The notes under the pieces: generated by a model
Seen by the model: the letters and a program-made list of their open reading frames with translations, nothing else
Told to the model about the DNA's origin: nothing
Database searches by the model: none
Made by a program: the position numbers and the translations under genes
In this document: piece by piece, positions 26,411-40,113 of the stretch
Numbering within the stretch: position 1 is the first letter of the stretch
How the letters are laid out: each line of letters begins with the position of its first letter
Assembly: GCF_009914755.1 (NCBI RefSeq)
Contig: NC_060926.1
Length of the DNA: 64,000 nucleotides
Strand: one strand, 5' to 3'
DNA from: the human T2T-CHM13v2.0 reference genome, Homo sapiens

Positions 26411-26824
26411 AAAGCAGGATATATACCTCTTCATGATATAGCCCTAATTGAATATGTTAATATATGTTGAAGATATTCATTATCCCTTGATTGTAGCATA
26501 TATACCTGTCTGTTTTTTTATTTTGACATTGAGATGTCTGTAATTGTGCACACATTTACCATGTAATATTTTCTTATTCCTCATAGATTATTATTAAATT
26601 AGTAGTACATCTTTGAGAGATATTTTTTAAAGGGAGAAAATATGACATATGTGTTACGTATTAACATCTGTGCATGGCCTCTCTTTCTCTCTCTTTGTCT
26701 CTGTTGTTTATCGCTCTTTATATGGAAGCTAAATAAATTTAACATTATCAGTCAATTTTCACACTTCTGCCAGGTGAACTTTCTAAAAGTCGTATCTAAA
26801 TATGTCATATTTGAAACCTGCAAT

Positions 26825-29800
26825 AGAACTTACTTCCAGGAAAATGTAGTGGGTATACTTTTCTCTATTCCTCCCACAACAACTAAAAAGCCTGGACATC
26901 ATAAATAGAACAGATCTAAGAAGACTTTGAAAGGTGGAGACAAGAATGATGCAATAGAGAGCTCTCTGGTTTTCTTTTTGTCTTATTTTTCCTAGACAAG
27001 GTACTGGTGAAGCTGACCACCCAGAATCACCAGTAGGAACAGACCAAAAAAAAAAAAAAGCCCAAATGAGCCTGCTTTCTCTAGCCAGAGGACCAGAAAT
27101 GGGACACCCACCAAGACAGAAAACTTTTAGCCAAATGTTCTACTTCAGTCAAACACCACCAAAAAAACTGGTGTCCCACCCCATCCATGCCAACAAAAGC
27201 TGAGTGGGGAGTATAGACTTCTGCCCTCCCCAGGCTGTAATGAGGTTCCGTAACTCCATTATCAGGGTGGTGTCAAATAAAAGCCAAACAGGGATCTGGG
27301 ACTGGTATCCCTGCCCTGCTAGGAAGTAACAGGCCCTAGCACCTGTGGCTTCAGGAGAGACCATGTGGGGATCCTGGACACCTACCTCAACCTAGACAAC
27401 TCCTGCCACCTCCTGCAGTGGTGGTGTTACAGGAGGCCAACTAGAGTTAGAACTGTCACTGCTCTTCAGCAATTATGACACTACACCCACTGCTGTGCCA
27501 GTAAAGACTATATGGGGAGCCAGAACTCCTGCCCCTCCCTAGCAGTAATGAGGAGCCCAGCACCATCACTTGGGTAATAGAGAACAAGTGGGGAACCTGG
27601 ACTTCTACCTCTGCCTGTCAGTAATGACTCCTTTCCCTGCCACAATACAGTCAGACCAGATGCTTAAATAAGATCTAGAGTCTCACAATATAACATGAAA
27701 ATATACAGTTTTAAATGAAAATCACTCACTATATCAAGAATCAGGTATATCTCAAACTGAATGAGTAAAGAAAATCAATAGGTGCTAACACCAAAATAAC
27801 AGAGATGTTAGAGTAACCTGAAAAATATTTTAAAGCAGCCATCATAAAAATGTTTCAAAAAGAGAAATGACAAACATGCTGAAACATGAAAAAATCTCAG
27901 CAGAAAATATAAAGTCTAAGCAAACAAATAGAAGATATAAAGCAGAACCAAGTGAAAATTTTCAAATGGAAAAATATATTAACCTAAAGGAAAAACTAAT
28001 TGGATGGTCTCAACAGAAAAATAAAGAGGACAGAGGAAAGAATCAGTAAACTAGAAGATAGAACTATAGAAATTACCAAATCTAAACAGAATATAGCCTG
28101 GAAAAAAAGGAAATAAAGAAAAAGTCTCAGGAACTTGTGGAACTTTAACAAAAGATCTAACATTTGTGTCTTTCAAGTCTCAGAAAAAAGAATGAAATAG
28201 GAGGGCTGAAAAAGTGCTCAAAGAAATAATGGCTGACTTCCCAAATTTGACAAAAGACATATCTATCGATGAAAGAAGCTAAGCAAACCTCAAACAGGAT
28301 AACCCAGAGCAATTCACACCAACAGCCATCATAGTGAAACATCCAAAAACTAAAGACAAAGAAAAAATCTTGAAAACAATAGAGAGAGAGAGAGAGAGAA
28401 ACAATTGGAATCATAGCAAATTTTACATCAAAAACCATGGAGGCCAGAAAAAAAGTGGCATGACATTTTTCAGGCACTGAAAGAACTATCGAGCCAGAAT
28501 TCTATATCCAGTAAAAATGTCATTCAGGAATGAAAAGGAAATCAAGGCACTTTCAGATGAAGGGAAACTAAAAGAATCCTAAAAGAATTGCTAAGGAAAT
28601 TTTTCTAAACAGAAAGGAAACAATAAAAGAAAGAACCTTGGAACCACAAAATTCTATAGTAAGCAAAACAAACAAAAAACACACAAATACAATAGACTTT
28701 CCATCTCCTCTTGAGTTCTCTAAATTATGTTTGGCAGTAAGCAAAAGTTAATACACTGCCTGATGTGGTTCTAAATTAATAGAAGAAATATTTAAGACAA
28801 TTATACACAGGGGAAAGAAACGAGATATAAAAGAGTTAAGTTTTCTGTACTTGGTTTGAACTGGTAAAATTCTGCCCCAAGTAGGCTGTAATGAGTTATG
28901 TATATAACATTGTAATAGTTAGAGCAACCAGGAAAAAAACCTATACAAAGAGATATACTCACAAACACTATAGGTGCATCAAAATGGAATTTTAGAAAAT
29001 ATTCAAGTAACCTAAAGAAAGGCAAGAAAAATAAAACAGAAATGAAAAACAGAGAAAACATTTTAAAAAGTCGGACTTAAGCCCTAACATATCAATAATT
29101 ACATTAAATGTAAATGGTCAAATAATTCAGTTAAAAAATAGAGCTTGACAAAGTGTATTTAAAAACGTAACTGAACTCTATGCTGTCTATAAGAAACTCA
29201 CTTCAAATGTAACAATATAGGCAGGTTAAATGTCAAAGAATGAAAAAAGACATATCGTGCAAAGATTTGCCAAAAAAAGAAGGAGTGGCTACTTAAATTT
29301 CATATAAAGTAGACTTTGGGGAAAAGTAAATTTTCAGAGATAATAAAAGGACTTTCAGTAATGATTAAAAGGGTCAATCCATCAAGAAGATACAGTAATC
29401 TTAAATGTCTATGTAAAACACAGCACAGCCTGCAAAATACGTGAAGTGAAAACTAACAGAACTGAAAGGACTATAGACCAATCTACAGTTGTAGTAGGAG
29501 ACTTCAACAGTCCTTTCTCAACAATTGATGGAACTAGGCAGAAAGTCAGCATGAATATAGAAAAACTCAACAATACTATCAGCCAATAGGATCTAATTGA
29601 CATTTATAGAACACTTCGTCCACCAAAAGTAGAGTACACCTTCTTTTAAAGTGCTTACCTAACATTACCAAGATACACCATATCTTATCCAGAAAAAAAA
29701 AACTGCAACAAATTTTTAAAAATTGAAGTCATACAGAGTGAGTTCTCTGACCATGATGTATTCAAACTAGAACTTTGTAACAAAGATAACAGGAAAACTC

Positions 29801-31842
29801 GCCATCACTTCCTAAATAAACAACACAATTCTAAATAACTAATAGTAAAAAGAGGAACTCTCAGGAAAATTTTTAAAAAATATGTTGAACTAGATGGAAC
29901 TGAAAATATATATCAAAAATTGTAGGGCACAGCTAAAGCAGTGCTGAGAGGAAAATTTTGTAACACTAAATGTGCTAAATGCATATATTAGAAATGAGGA
30001 AAAGTCTCAAATCAATATCTAAGCTCTCACTTAAAGAATGGTCTTTTTAGTCCATTTTGTGCTGTTATAACAATACCACAGAAATTTATTTCTTATAGTT
30101 CTGGAGACTGGGAAGTCCAGGATCAAGGCCCTGGCATCTTTTAAGGGCCCTCCTGCTATGTCCTCTAAAGAACAAGAATGCTGAGTCCTCACATGGCAGA
30201 AGGCAGAAGAGCAAGAGAGGTCAAAATAGAGTGCACTCCTCTCATCAATCCCTTTACAACAGCATTAGCCTATTATGAGGGCCGAGCCCTTATGACCTAA
30301 ACACCTCTCGTTAGGCCTCACCTCCCAACACTGTTGCATTGGGGATTACATTTCCAACACATGAATTTTGGGGGTACATATTCAAACTATAGCAAGAACC
30401 TAGAAAAAGAAGAACAAAATACGTGGAAAGGAAGCAAAAAGAATAAAGTAATAAAGACAAGCGCAGAAATCAATGAAATGGAAAACAGAACAATAGAGAA
30501 TATCAGTGAACAAAGAAATGGTCCTTTGAAAAGATTAATAAAATTGACAAACGTTTTGACAGTGAGACTGTCAAAGAAAAAAGAGACTACACAAATTACT
30601 AACATCAGGAATGATACAGGGGATATTATTGTAGACACTGAGAACATCAAAAGAATAATAAGAGAATACTAGGAACAACTCTGTAAACATAAAATTGAAA
30701 ACTTAGAGTAAAGAATAAATTCGTTAAAAAACCCACAAAATATCACAACTCCCCCAATGTGTAAGATAATTTGAATAACCTTTTAACTGCTAAGGAAATT
30801 GAACTCATGATTTTAAAACTCCTAAGAAAATCTCCAGGCCAGATGTTTTCACTGGAAAATCCTGAATGTTTCCAGAAGAATTATTAATAGCAACAGTCCT
30901 ATACAACTCTTTTAGAAAACAGAAGCAGAAAGAACACTTTCCAAGTCATTTTTTTTGAAAGTTAGCCATATACTGATCCCGGAACCAAATAAAGAAAATA
31001 TAATAAAAGGAGAATGCAGGACAATATTCTTCATGAATATAGATACAAAAAATTTTAGCAAAATATTAGGAAATGGAATTTAGCAATATAAAAAAACTAT
31101 ATATCACAGCCAAGTGTGATTTATTCCAGAGATGGAATGCTGGTTTAATATTTAAAAACCAGTCAATTTGATCTACCATATTAACATGCTAAAGAAGAAA
31201 AATCTCATAATCATTTTAATGGATACAGAAAAAAGTGTTTGAAAAATTCAGTATACATTCATGTGAAAACACTCATTCAAGGAAGACTAAAGAGGAACAT
31301 CCTCAACTGAATAAAGAGCACCTACGAAAATTGTACAGCCAACATTACACGTTATGGTAAAGGACTGAATTATTTCCCTTTAAAATCAGGAGTAAGGCAA
31401 CGATGTCTGCTCTTGCTACTGCTATTCAGTGTAGTGCTGGAAGTTGTAGCCAGTGCAATAGGCAAGAAAAGGAAATGAAAAGCATATAGATTGGAAAAGG
31501 AGTAATAAAACTGTTTCTATATTCAGATGACATGCTTATTTATGTAGAAAACCCCAAGATATCTACAAAAAAATCCTAGAACTAAGAGATGAATTCAGCA
31601 AAGTCATAGGGTGCAAAAATAAACATGCAAAAATCAATTATATTTGTATATACCGGTGATGAACATAAGGGTATCAGAATTAAAAATATAATATAATTTA
31701 TAATTGCTCAAAAAGTTGAGAACTTAGGTGAAAATTTAATAAAAGCATGTGTAAGACTCCTGAGAACAACACAACACTGATGAAAGAAATCAAAGATCTA
31801 AATAAATGGAGAGACATACCATGTTTATGGATTGAAAGATTC
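26825..31842 (+). mobile_element. Old L1M (L1MC/MD-type) from 5' UTR through ORF1, endonuclease and RT; 3' part missing
   Basis: 5' UTR-like 26825-27700. ORF1-like 27800-28600 (GCCAGAATTCTATATCCAGTAAAA). EN region from ~29090 (ATATCAATAATTACATTAAATGTAAATGG; GTAGGAGACTTCAAC). RT motif TTCAGATGACATG near 31522. Many stops and frameshifts. Confidence 0.9.
30040..30394 (-). mobile_element. MST (MSTD-like) MaLR solo LTR inside L1
   Basis: TTAGTCCATTTTGTGCTGTTATAACA...CATATTCAAACTATAGCA. TSD AGAAT/AGAAC. Confidence 0.88.
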
Positions 31843-32785
31843 TGCTGTTGTTTTAAGAGCCTATGGGCACCCTTTACCTTTGAGACTGTGGATTGAGAGG
31901 GGAAGTGGAGGCTTCAGCTCTTAAGCTGCTCGGGCAATTTCCATTGCCAAGAGCAGTCTAAGGTCAACTTGGAGCATTAAGAAATGGATGCACACTCTGA
32001 AGTGCATTTGATTACCTATTGACTCATGATGTTCAACCTCAGTGACGGGAACCTGGAGAATGTTGGGGTTCTGCATTTATCTCCTTGCTCACACATGGTG
32101 GTCAGACTTGCTACCTCCAAGATGACAGCAGGTTCTGGATGGCTTTTGGGGCAGACAGGATGGACAGAGACTCTGCATCTGCCATGAAATGGAAGGGAAA
32201 GAGGAGAGAAGGCCTGGATCCAGAGAGGATTGGCCCTCTTTCTTCCTTACTTTTATGGCCAAGGTGCTGGGGCTTCTGCAAGATCTCTGCAGTGGTGCTG
32301 ATGACGGAAGGTGTTTCTTCATGCAATTTTTTAAAATATGAAATTAATACAACAGTGAAATAATTAGCTCACCCCAGGCAGCCTCAGCTATAATTTATGG
32401 CTCCATGTCTCCCATTTTAACTTTGTTTTGCATTCATTAGTATACAATTTTAAAAAAAATCTCAAGGAATCACAGTTCTGACGACTAACATTAACCACTC
32501 TGTCACTCACAGATATTGCTAAGGCTATCATTCTGAAAAGTAAATTAATTTCCCTTGGGTGAGAACTGTCTGAAAAACATTCAGGCTCCTCTCTAGGGTC
32601 GGCTGATTGACTCTGGAAAGAACTCGCGGCTTCTATGGCAACGCATTGTGCTAGGAGGCCCTGTCCACACCACTTTCCTAGGTTTTTGTTTTGTCCACCC
32701 TGTCTCTACATGGAATTTGGGAAGAAGAAAATTGGCTGGTGTTTTGGGGAACATAAAAGGTGCAGGTGCTGTTAGAAAGCTTTTC

Positions 32786-32793
32786 AACACACA

Positions 32794-32844
<51 letters not shown>
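32786..32844. repeat. (CA)n microsatellite, ~28 units
   Basis: Seen directly, with one TA interruption. Confidence 0.97.
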
Positions 32845-32846
<2 letters not shown>

Positions 32847-33109
32847 CTTCTAAAAAAGTCAGTGGACTTAGCTTGTTTTCTTCCCTCTCAGCAATCTCAT
32901 TATCTTTAATTTAAGGTCGAGTAGAAGAGACTTTAACCCTGAAGCTCTTTTTACAACAGTTTTAGTGATGCAGAGTAAGTTAGTGCTTTGTTTGGGAAAA
33001 AGAAACAAAAAGAGTGCTTTTTGGTGAAAATTTAAAATGGCTTTCCTAGATCAAGGATGAGCAGCATCGCAGGTAATTTTAGAGACTCCAGAGTTAATGG
33101 TAATGACTC

Positions 33110-33315
33110 TAATGATGAAGCCTTCTATGCCTTGAACACCTGCTACATGTCAGGCATCACTTAGTCCTCATGCTCATTATCAGCCCCAGTTAATGGTTGA
33201 GGAACCTGAGGCTCAGAGGGTTTCTGTTACTTGCCCAAGATAACACACTGGCAGGTGTTAGAGTCTGTGTGCAAACCAGGTGTGTCTGATCCAAAGCCTG
33301 AATTTCTAACCATTC
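33110..33315 (-). mobile_element. MIR SINE
   Basis: TGAGGAACCTGAGGCTCAGAGGG...TTACTTGCCCAAGATAACACA...GTCTGATCCAAAGCC is the MIR core. Confidence 0.8.
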
Positions 33316-34355
33316 TATCTTGTGCTGGTGATGCAGGTGGGGATATGATGTTGACTTGGTCCCAGGATGGTCTCCTACAGGCAGCATGAGTCACTAGAGA
33401 GGACAAGAACAGACTCAGTACAAAGGCAGCCAGGTTCCTTGGTGTTTATTTTAAGTAGGTTTGAACCATAGCGTGATGGGTTAGACCCACTTTTGTTTGT
33501 GTAATTGAACCCTCAAACAAAGAATCTGAAATTGGCCAATATCAGATCCAGGGTGACCCTACTGGTCCTTGTCAGTCAGGGTTATAACACTGGCTAGAAA
33601 TGACCCACTCAATGGAAATACAGAGCCAGGGCTGCAGGTTTATCCTGGGTGGTGTTGTCTCCTATCTGAGGGGCTTCTGTGGTCTCCACGGGGGTCATCC
33701 CTCAGCTTGTGGGAGGAGGCAGCCTGATCCTAATCCTGTACGGATCTGCAGCCTGCTCCATTCAGCATTGCTTTTGCAGTGTTAATAGATGGGGTAGACA
33801 GTCTTTGCAGTCTCCAGCAGCAGAGTGTCAGCCCCTGCTGGATACTTGGCCACAACTTTAAATCCATGGCACTTGTTGGGGAGGGTGTTTATGTTCCCCA
33901 GGTTTTTGATCTGGCATGAACTTTGAGAAAGGAAAAGAATAATTGGCAAGGGCTTTTTCTCTGAAGAGCTACACTCTCTGGCCAAGGAAATCTGAGCTTT
34001 AGTGTCTGTGTTTGCAGGTTTGGGGGTGCTCTCACTGCTCTGTATGTAGACTATGTGACATTGACACCAGAGCCACAGACTCTCATCTCTTTCCATATCT
34101 GAAATATTCCCGTGTTTAAAAATTGCCATTGTCATTGAACTCTTCACCACCATTGAGAATCATGTATTCTATTCTGGGGTGGTTGGATTGATAGACTGTT
34201 GAGGGTTGGGAGGAAAAGAGGTGATGAGAAGGTGCAAAAGTTATTTGTTGAGTTTTCTCAAGGATCTGAAGGGCACTTTGAGAACTCTTTCCTGGGGCCA
34301 TTTTGTGTATTTAATCACAGTCAAGTCTACTATCAAAGAAGCATATATCTCTACG

Positions 34356-34356
<1 letters not shown>

Positions 34357-34395
<39 letters not shown>

Positions 34396-34411
34396 TCACT
34401 TACACACACAC
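34357..34411. repeat. (CA)n microsatellite, interrupted
   Basis: Seen directly. Confidence 0.95.
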
Positions 34412-34456
34412 AGGCTTCTTCCATCTCCTCTACAGATGGATTGAAAGTTGCCCATT

Positions 34457-34778
34457 GGGTGGTGTGTGGTGGCTCACACCTGTAATCCTAGCACTTTTGG
34501 AGGCCGAGGTGGGTGGATCACTTGAAACCAGGAGTTCAAGACCAGCCTAGCTAATATGGTGAAACCCCATCTCTACTAAAAATACAAAAAATTAGGCAGG
34601 TGTGGTGGCATGCACCTGTAATCCCAGTTACTCAAGAGGCTGAGGGAGGAGAATTGCTTGAACCCGGGAGGCAGAGGTTGCAGTGAGCCAAGATTGTGCC
34701 ATTGTGCCACTGCACTCCAGCCTGGATGACAGAGTACGATTCTGTCAAAAAAAAAAAAGAAAAATGGAAAAAGAAAAA
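34457..34778 (+). mobile_element. Alu SINE (AluS)
   Basis: Full dimer. TSD AAAGTTGCCCAT/AAAATTGCCCAT. Confidence 0.95.
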
Positions 34779-34903
34779 ATTGCCCATGGGAATGACAGGT
34801 AAAACACAGAGGATGTTATATGTTAAGCTGATGTTTCAGTGTAGGATTGCTCAGGCCCAAAGGGCAAACCATTACATGTTCAACTTAAAAAAACAAAAAA
34901 CAG

Positions 34904-35222
34904 GGCTGGGCACAGTGGCTACACCTGTAATCCCACCACTTTGGGAGGCCCAGGTGGGCAGATCACTTGAAGCCAGGAGTTTGAGACCAGCCTGGACAAC
35001 GTGATGAAACCCAGTCTCTACTAAAATTACAAAAATTAGTCAGGCGTGGTGGTGCAGGCCTGTAGTCCCAACTGCTCGAGAGGCTGAGGCAGGAGAATCT
35101 CTTGAACCCAGGAGATGGAGGTTGCCATGTGCTGAGATTGTACCACTATACTCCAGCCTGGGCAACAGAGTGAGACTCTGCCTCAAAAGCAAACAAACAA
35201 AAAAGGAAGAACAAGAAACAAA
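34904..35222 (+). mobile_element. Alu SINE (AluSz-like)
   Basis: Full dimer with GATCACTTGAAGCCAGG and a patterned A tail. Confidence 0.95.
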
Positions 35223-35944
35223 ACAAAAAAGCAGCAGGAATTGTGTGCAGCGAGGTCCCTTCCATGATCCCAAGGTGGAGGGTGGGATCACCTGGTGTTG
35301 GAGGTGGTGAGGCTTAGGGCTGAAGATCAGGGTGTCTGACTCTCACACATTCTTACTGATAATAAGAAGCCAGATGTTTACATCCTGGCTGGCCAGCTGG
35401 GCCAAATCTTCCAAGTTCAACTGGTGGCATTAAAAATATCCTACTTTGTAAAATATTTGCCCTCTGAGTTTGTATGTCTAGGAGTGCCCCAGAGAAGGGG
35501 GAGAAACAGGACAGATGGGCTGTGGACTCTGTGAGAGGTTGGAGGGTTTCTGTGGGAGCCACTGGGAATGGGGTGCAGTGGTCCAGCTGCCAGGCACTTA
35601 CAAGCTCTCTTGAATCCTGCCTGTGGTCAGGTTATTAATGAAGGAAGGTGGCCACAAAGGAAGGTGGCCTGAGCCCAGGAAGGAACTGAGCTTTTATCTA
35701 CAGAGGTCAGCACCTTGACGGTGGAGGAGGTTTTGTTCCTCCTTCTTCTGGTTGCAGGGATACCTGCAAACAAGTTTGCACCCTAAGAAGTCTCAGAGTC
35801 CAGGGTGAGGCTTAGCCCCAAAGCTCCTCTCCTTTGAAGTTGACTGGTTGCAATGGTACTGCAGAGCAGGAAACATGGGAAGTAATTATCTTTTTAGTAG
35901 GTCACTGGCCTCCTTTGGGAGAAGAGACCAGAGGGAGAGGGGAG

Positions 35945-36430
35945 AAGGCGAATGGCGCGGCCCCCCCAGAGGCTGCGCCTGCAGTAGCTGCCTTGGTGAT
36001 TAATAGCCATGTCACATCCGACGAATATTGCCTTAAGCAGCCGCGTTCAAAATTGAGTGGGAATGAAATAAAACAACCCAAAATAAATGTTTCCTCTATT
36101 CCTTAGGAGTTGCTGGAATCTAGAAATAGCTTTTCAAATCTATAATTTTAAATGGCATCATTCACAGCACTCTGCGAGCCCGGCTTTATTCTCACATGGA
36201 TATCGCTGTGCGCACAAGCACCACTTTTTGATTTTAAAGACCATGAAAAATTTGAGCTAAGTGACTTTTTTTTGGTATTGAAATAAAAATTATATTTACA
36301 GAGAGAAATATAGCCTTTGTATGTGTTTTTAAAGGAAAATAGTAACCCAGTGGAGGAAAAGGATGGGAAGAATATTGTGTCCACATAGATCATAAACTGG
36401 AACAATAAAAATGTCTGGCAGGCGGTAATT
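35945..36430. promoter_or_regulatory. Candidate enhancer (CpG-retaining, homeodomain motifs)
   Basis: 12 CpGs in 35949-36212 of non-repeat DNA; TGATTAAT, CATAAA and AACAATAAAA motifs. Inference only. Confidence 0.35.
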
Positions 36431-37257
36431 GCTGGCCAGCTGCAGGGATTACAGCCCTGTGAGCTGTGTTCAGGGCCCTGTGCCAGGATGCTGGCAACCA
36501 GAGTCCAGGCCTGGACTGTCATGGCCCTTGGTGAGGCCAATGGGGCCTGAGAGCATAAATAAGAGGGTGACCACAGCATGGCAGGGCAGGGTCTCTCACG
36601 GGCCAGGCCCTCTGGGGACCCTAAGTCTTGAGGCCCTCGGTCTCTGCTACCTCTGCTGTTGCCAGGCTGCCTGCATGGGGCTGATGGTGGCAGTCACAGG
36701 GCTGACCTCTTGCTGCATCTTTGGGTGGGAGAAGCTTCAGTAGCCCTCAGTGTCATTCCTCCTTGGAGAAGCCAGAGAGCACATCTGATGGGTGGTGAGA
36801 AGTGAGAGTAAACTCCCTGCTCAGTGCTTGGGGATTGTCAGGGTCTTGGGCCAGAGGGAGGGAAAGAAAGAGTTGGGTGGTGCCTACTCTTCTGCCCACC
36901 CACTTGTTTCCCTCTGGCCCCTGGCAGGAAAGCCTGTGGTGGAATGGGCTATTGGGCATAGGGGAGGCTCCTTCCTTTCATTTCATCTTCTATCCCTGTC
37001 CTAACTGCCCTGGCTCCCAGCCAGCACACCAGTGTCTGAGAATTGAATTTTGTTCAGAGCATCTAATGACAAGCAAACGTTCCAAGGAGAAGCAGGGAAG
37101 GGTGGGTGGAGGGGTTGCTGTGGAGCTGCTGGGAGTTGGCAGGACATTCATCTGCCCTCCTGCCTCTGTCTTTCCTGGGTGCATATGTCAGGCCAGGCTG
37201 GGGCACCAGAAGACTGAGCGGGCCTTCCCTCAGTGGGCTGAGTCCAGTGACAGGTGC

Positions 37258-37789
37258 TGTTTTAAAATGTAGGTTGTATTATTACTCAGTATGGTGAGCT
37301 TGGCAGATCAGAAGAGGACAGCCATTGAAAGCATAGTTTGTTACTCACAGTTCCCAAGAGAAGGGGCACGCCATGCCACGCAGGGCCACACGGGGAAACA
37401 ATAGCATTGGTTAGAAGGGAGAGGGCATGAAGGGAAAATGTGGGCAAGAGCCTTTATTGTGGTTTCCACAGGAAGAGATGGGCAGGGTTGGTAAGCAGGT
37501 TTAAGACTGGCTAGTATGGATAACTTCAGAAGGCTCTGAGGCATAGGATCTGTCTGTCCTGAGTTGTCTGGTACCTGGCCCTGGGGAGACTAGGTTAGGC
37601 CCTGAGTGGAAGAGACAGATAAAGGAAGCAGCGGGAATGGGGTCCTGAACTGATTCATTTGCATATGAAAAATGCACTCAAAGGGAGTCGTTTGCTGTCT
37701 TCAGCAATTAGCTGGCCCTGGGAGCCCCTGTCCCTCCAGGGTCAGTAAAGTCTCAGATGTCCAAGCATCAGAGGCACATGGTTAACACA
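37258..37789 (-). mobile_element. MER74-family ERVL solo LTR
   Basis: Minus strand starts TGTGTTAACCATG...GACATCTGAGACTTTACTGACCCTGGAGGGAC (MER74-type). TG..CA ends. Perfect 5-bp TSD GGTGC at 37253-37257 and 37790-37794. Confidence 0.85.
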
Positions 37790-38957
37790 GGTGCACATGA
37801 CACCAGCTGGAAAGGGAAGGTGCTGGGCCTCGCAGGAGGGGCAACATGAAATGCTCAGGGCATTCCAGGGAAAAGCAACTTCCTGCTTTGGTTGGTTTGG
37901 TTCTGTTTAGTTTTGAAGGGGTGTGCCAAGGAGAAGGGGAGAATCAGAGAAGTCTCAATTTGGGGAGAGGGCATGTGGCTGAGCCACCAAAAATGAGTCC
38001 AATTAGACACTGGCAGTTAGGGGTGGGGTCAGCTGCAGGCAGAGAGCCCTGCTTGGACAGAGGTCCAGGATGGGAAGCGTCTGAAGGGGCTTAGTGGGAG
38101 AAAAGGCTGGAACACTCAAGTCAAGCTATAGCGGACTCTTGAATGCCAAGCTGAGGCGTTTTTGGATTTTATTCCCTACAAGCTGGCCAGAGCCGTTTTG
38201 CTCCCTAGAAGTTCTTCCAGTAAATTCATAGACTCACATAGAATGTCTGTGCTTGGCTGTATATCACAGTTACAGAACATAATTAACAAATTAGGATGCT
38301 GATGCCAATTTATTCTGGATGGAATAAAAAATGCAATGTGGCTAAAAACTCAGTGCTCCCTGGGCCAGCAGGTAATGTCAGGGAGTGGAAAGGGCTCTGG
38401 CGTCCTCAGGGGATAGCCGTTTCCTGCCTGGAGGGTTGGGCTTCTGAGTTCCAGCAGATTGCATTATGGGAATAGAGTCCGGAGGTGCCAGATCTTCCTA
38501 TTTTTAAAGAAAGTCTGGACATTTAGATTCTCGTGAACACTCTTGATTTTTGTGAAATTACCTGGGAACTCAGCAGTGGATTAGGAGAACATAACTCCTC
38601 TCTGTCAGCACAGGGAGAGGCACTGCGAGGCCTGCCACATGGAGCCTTGGTGGCCTCTTTCTGCTCTTCACCCATCACCCCAATTGTGGGGTCAAAGAGG
38701 AACTGTGAGGGTCAAAGAGGAAATGGCACCGCTACAAGGTGTGCCTCCATTGGGAAACTGAGGCACAACAGGTCGGGGTCAGATCTGGCATCCAAAGACC
38801 TTCTCTGAGGTCTCCAGTGGCCACTCTGCTTTGCTTTTTTTGCATTTCCTCATTTGTGAAATGAATTCATTCTTTCATTCATTAAATGAATATTGAGCTT
38901 ATGGTGGCCAAGACAAAGAGTTCGCCATAGAAACAAATTTTGATGAGATGCTGTTTA

Positions 38958-39270
<313 letters not shown>

Positions 39271-39737
39271 ATTGTATTATTATCGTACTTATTTTTCAGC
39301 CAAAAAAAAAAAAAAAAAACCAACCTAACAAACAACAACAACAACAAAAAAGAAAACTAAATGGTGTTGTGGTCAATCACTGCTTTTGCTGTCACTGTGT
39401 GGGTAAAATGTCCTCAAGTGAAGCTCTGGAGCATGGGGCCATGCCCAAGGCTCTCTCTGCACGTGCCGCCTTTTCTGGGTTTTCTCCATGTCCCAGGCTC
39501 TGGGCTCAGTGGCTGGGACTCAGCCTTCTTGACCTGGTAAATGTCCAGTGCCTAGCATGATGCTGGGCACAGGGCAGACACACAGATGTCCCCCAGTGGG
39601 GTGGATTGCATGTGGCCATTGTCTGGTTTTGGTAGGTAAGAGTCTAGCCACAACAACCATAGATAAAGCTACAGTAGAATCACAGCATGTAAAAATGGAA
39701 GTTAAGTGAGAGGAACACATGGAATTTGTAAAATGAT

Positions 39738-40113
39738 TATGTTAATCAGCCTGGGCTGCTGTAACAAAATGCCATAGACTGGGCGGCTTAAGTAATAGAA
39801 ATTTATTTCTCACAGTTCTGGAGACTGCAAGTCAAAAGTCAAGGCACTGACAGGTCTGGTGAGGGCGCTTTTCCTGGCCGGCAGATGGCTGACAGCCGCC
39901 ACCTTGCTGTGTCCTCACATGGTCTTTCTCAGAGCATGGGTGTGGGGAGAGAGGGACCTTTCTCTTTTCTTTTTATAAGGCCACCAATTCTATCAGATAG
40001 GATCCTTACCACCTAATTTAATTGCCTCCTGAAAGCCCTATCTCCAAATAGTCACATTGGTTGTTAGGGCTTCAATATGTGAATTCTGGGGCGACACAGT
40101 TCAGTCCTTAGCA
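39738..40113 (-). mobile_element. MLT1A-type MaLR solo LTR
   Basis: GGGCTGCTGTAACAAAATGCCATAGACTGGGCGGCTTAA...AATTTATTTCTCACAGTTCTGGAG...GACACAGTTCAGTCCTTAGCA. Confidence 0.88.

Noticed and set aside
22038-31842. Idea that L1(-) 22038-23960 is the inverted 3' half of L1(+) 26825-31842
   Set aside because: Both contain the RT DD-motif region, so they overlap in L1 coordinates, and ~3 kb of other DNA separates them. They are independent insertions.
35955-35975. CTCF-like GC-rich word GCGCGGCCCCCCCAGAGGC
   Set aside because: It mismatches the core GGC on both strands and is much weaker than the site at 9501.
39271-39360. Second A-rich tract 30 nt after the Alu, suggesting a 3' transduction
   Set aside because: The Alu's TSD closes before it and I find no TSD after it. 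Treated as a simple A-rich repeat.
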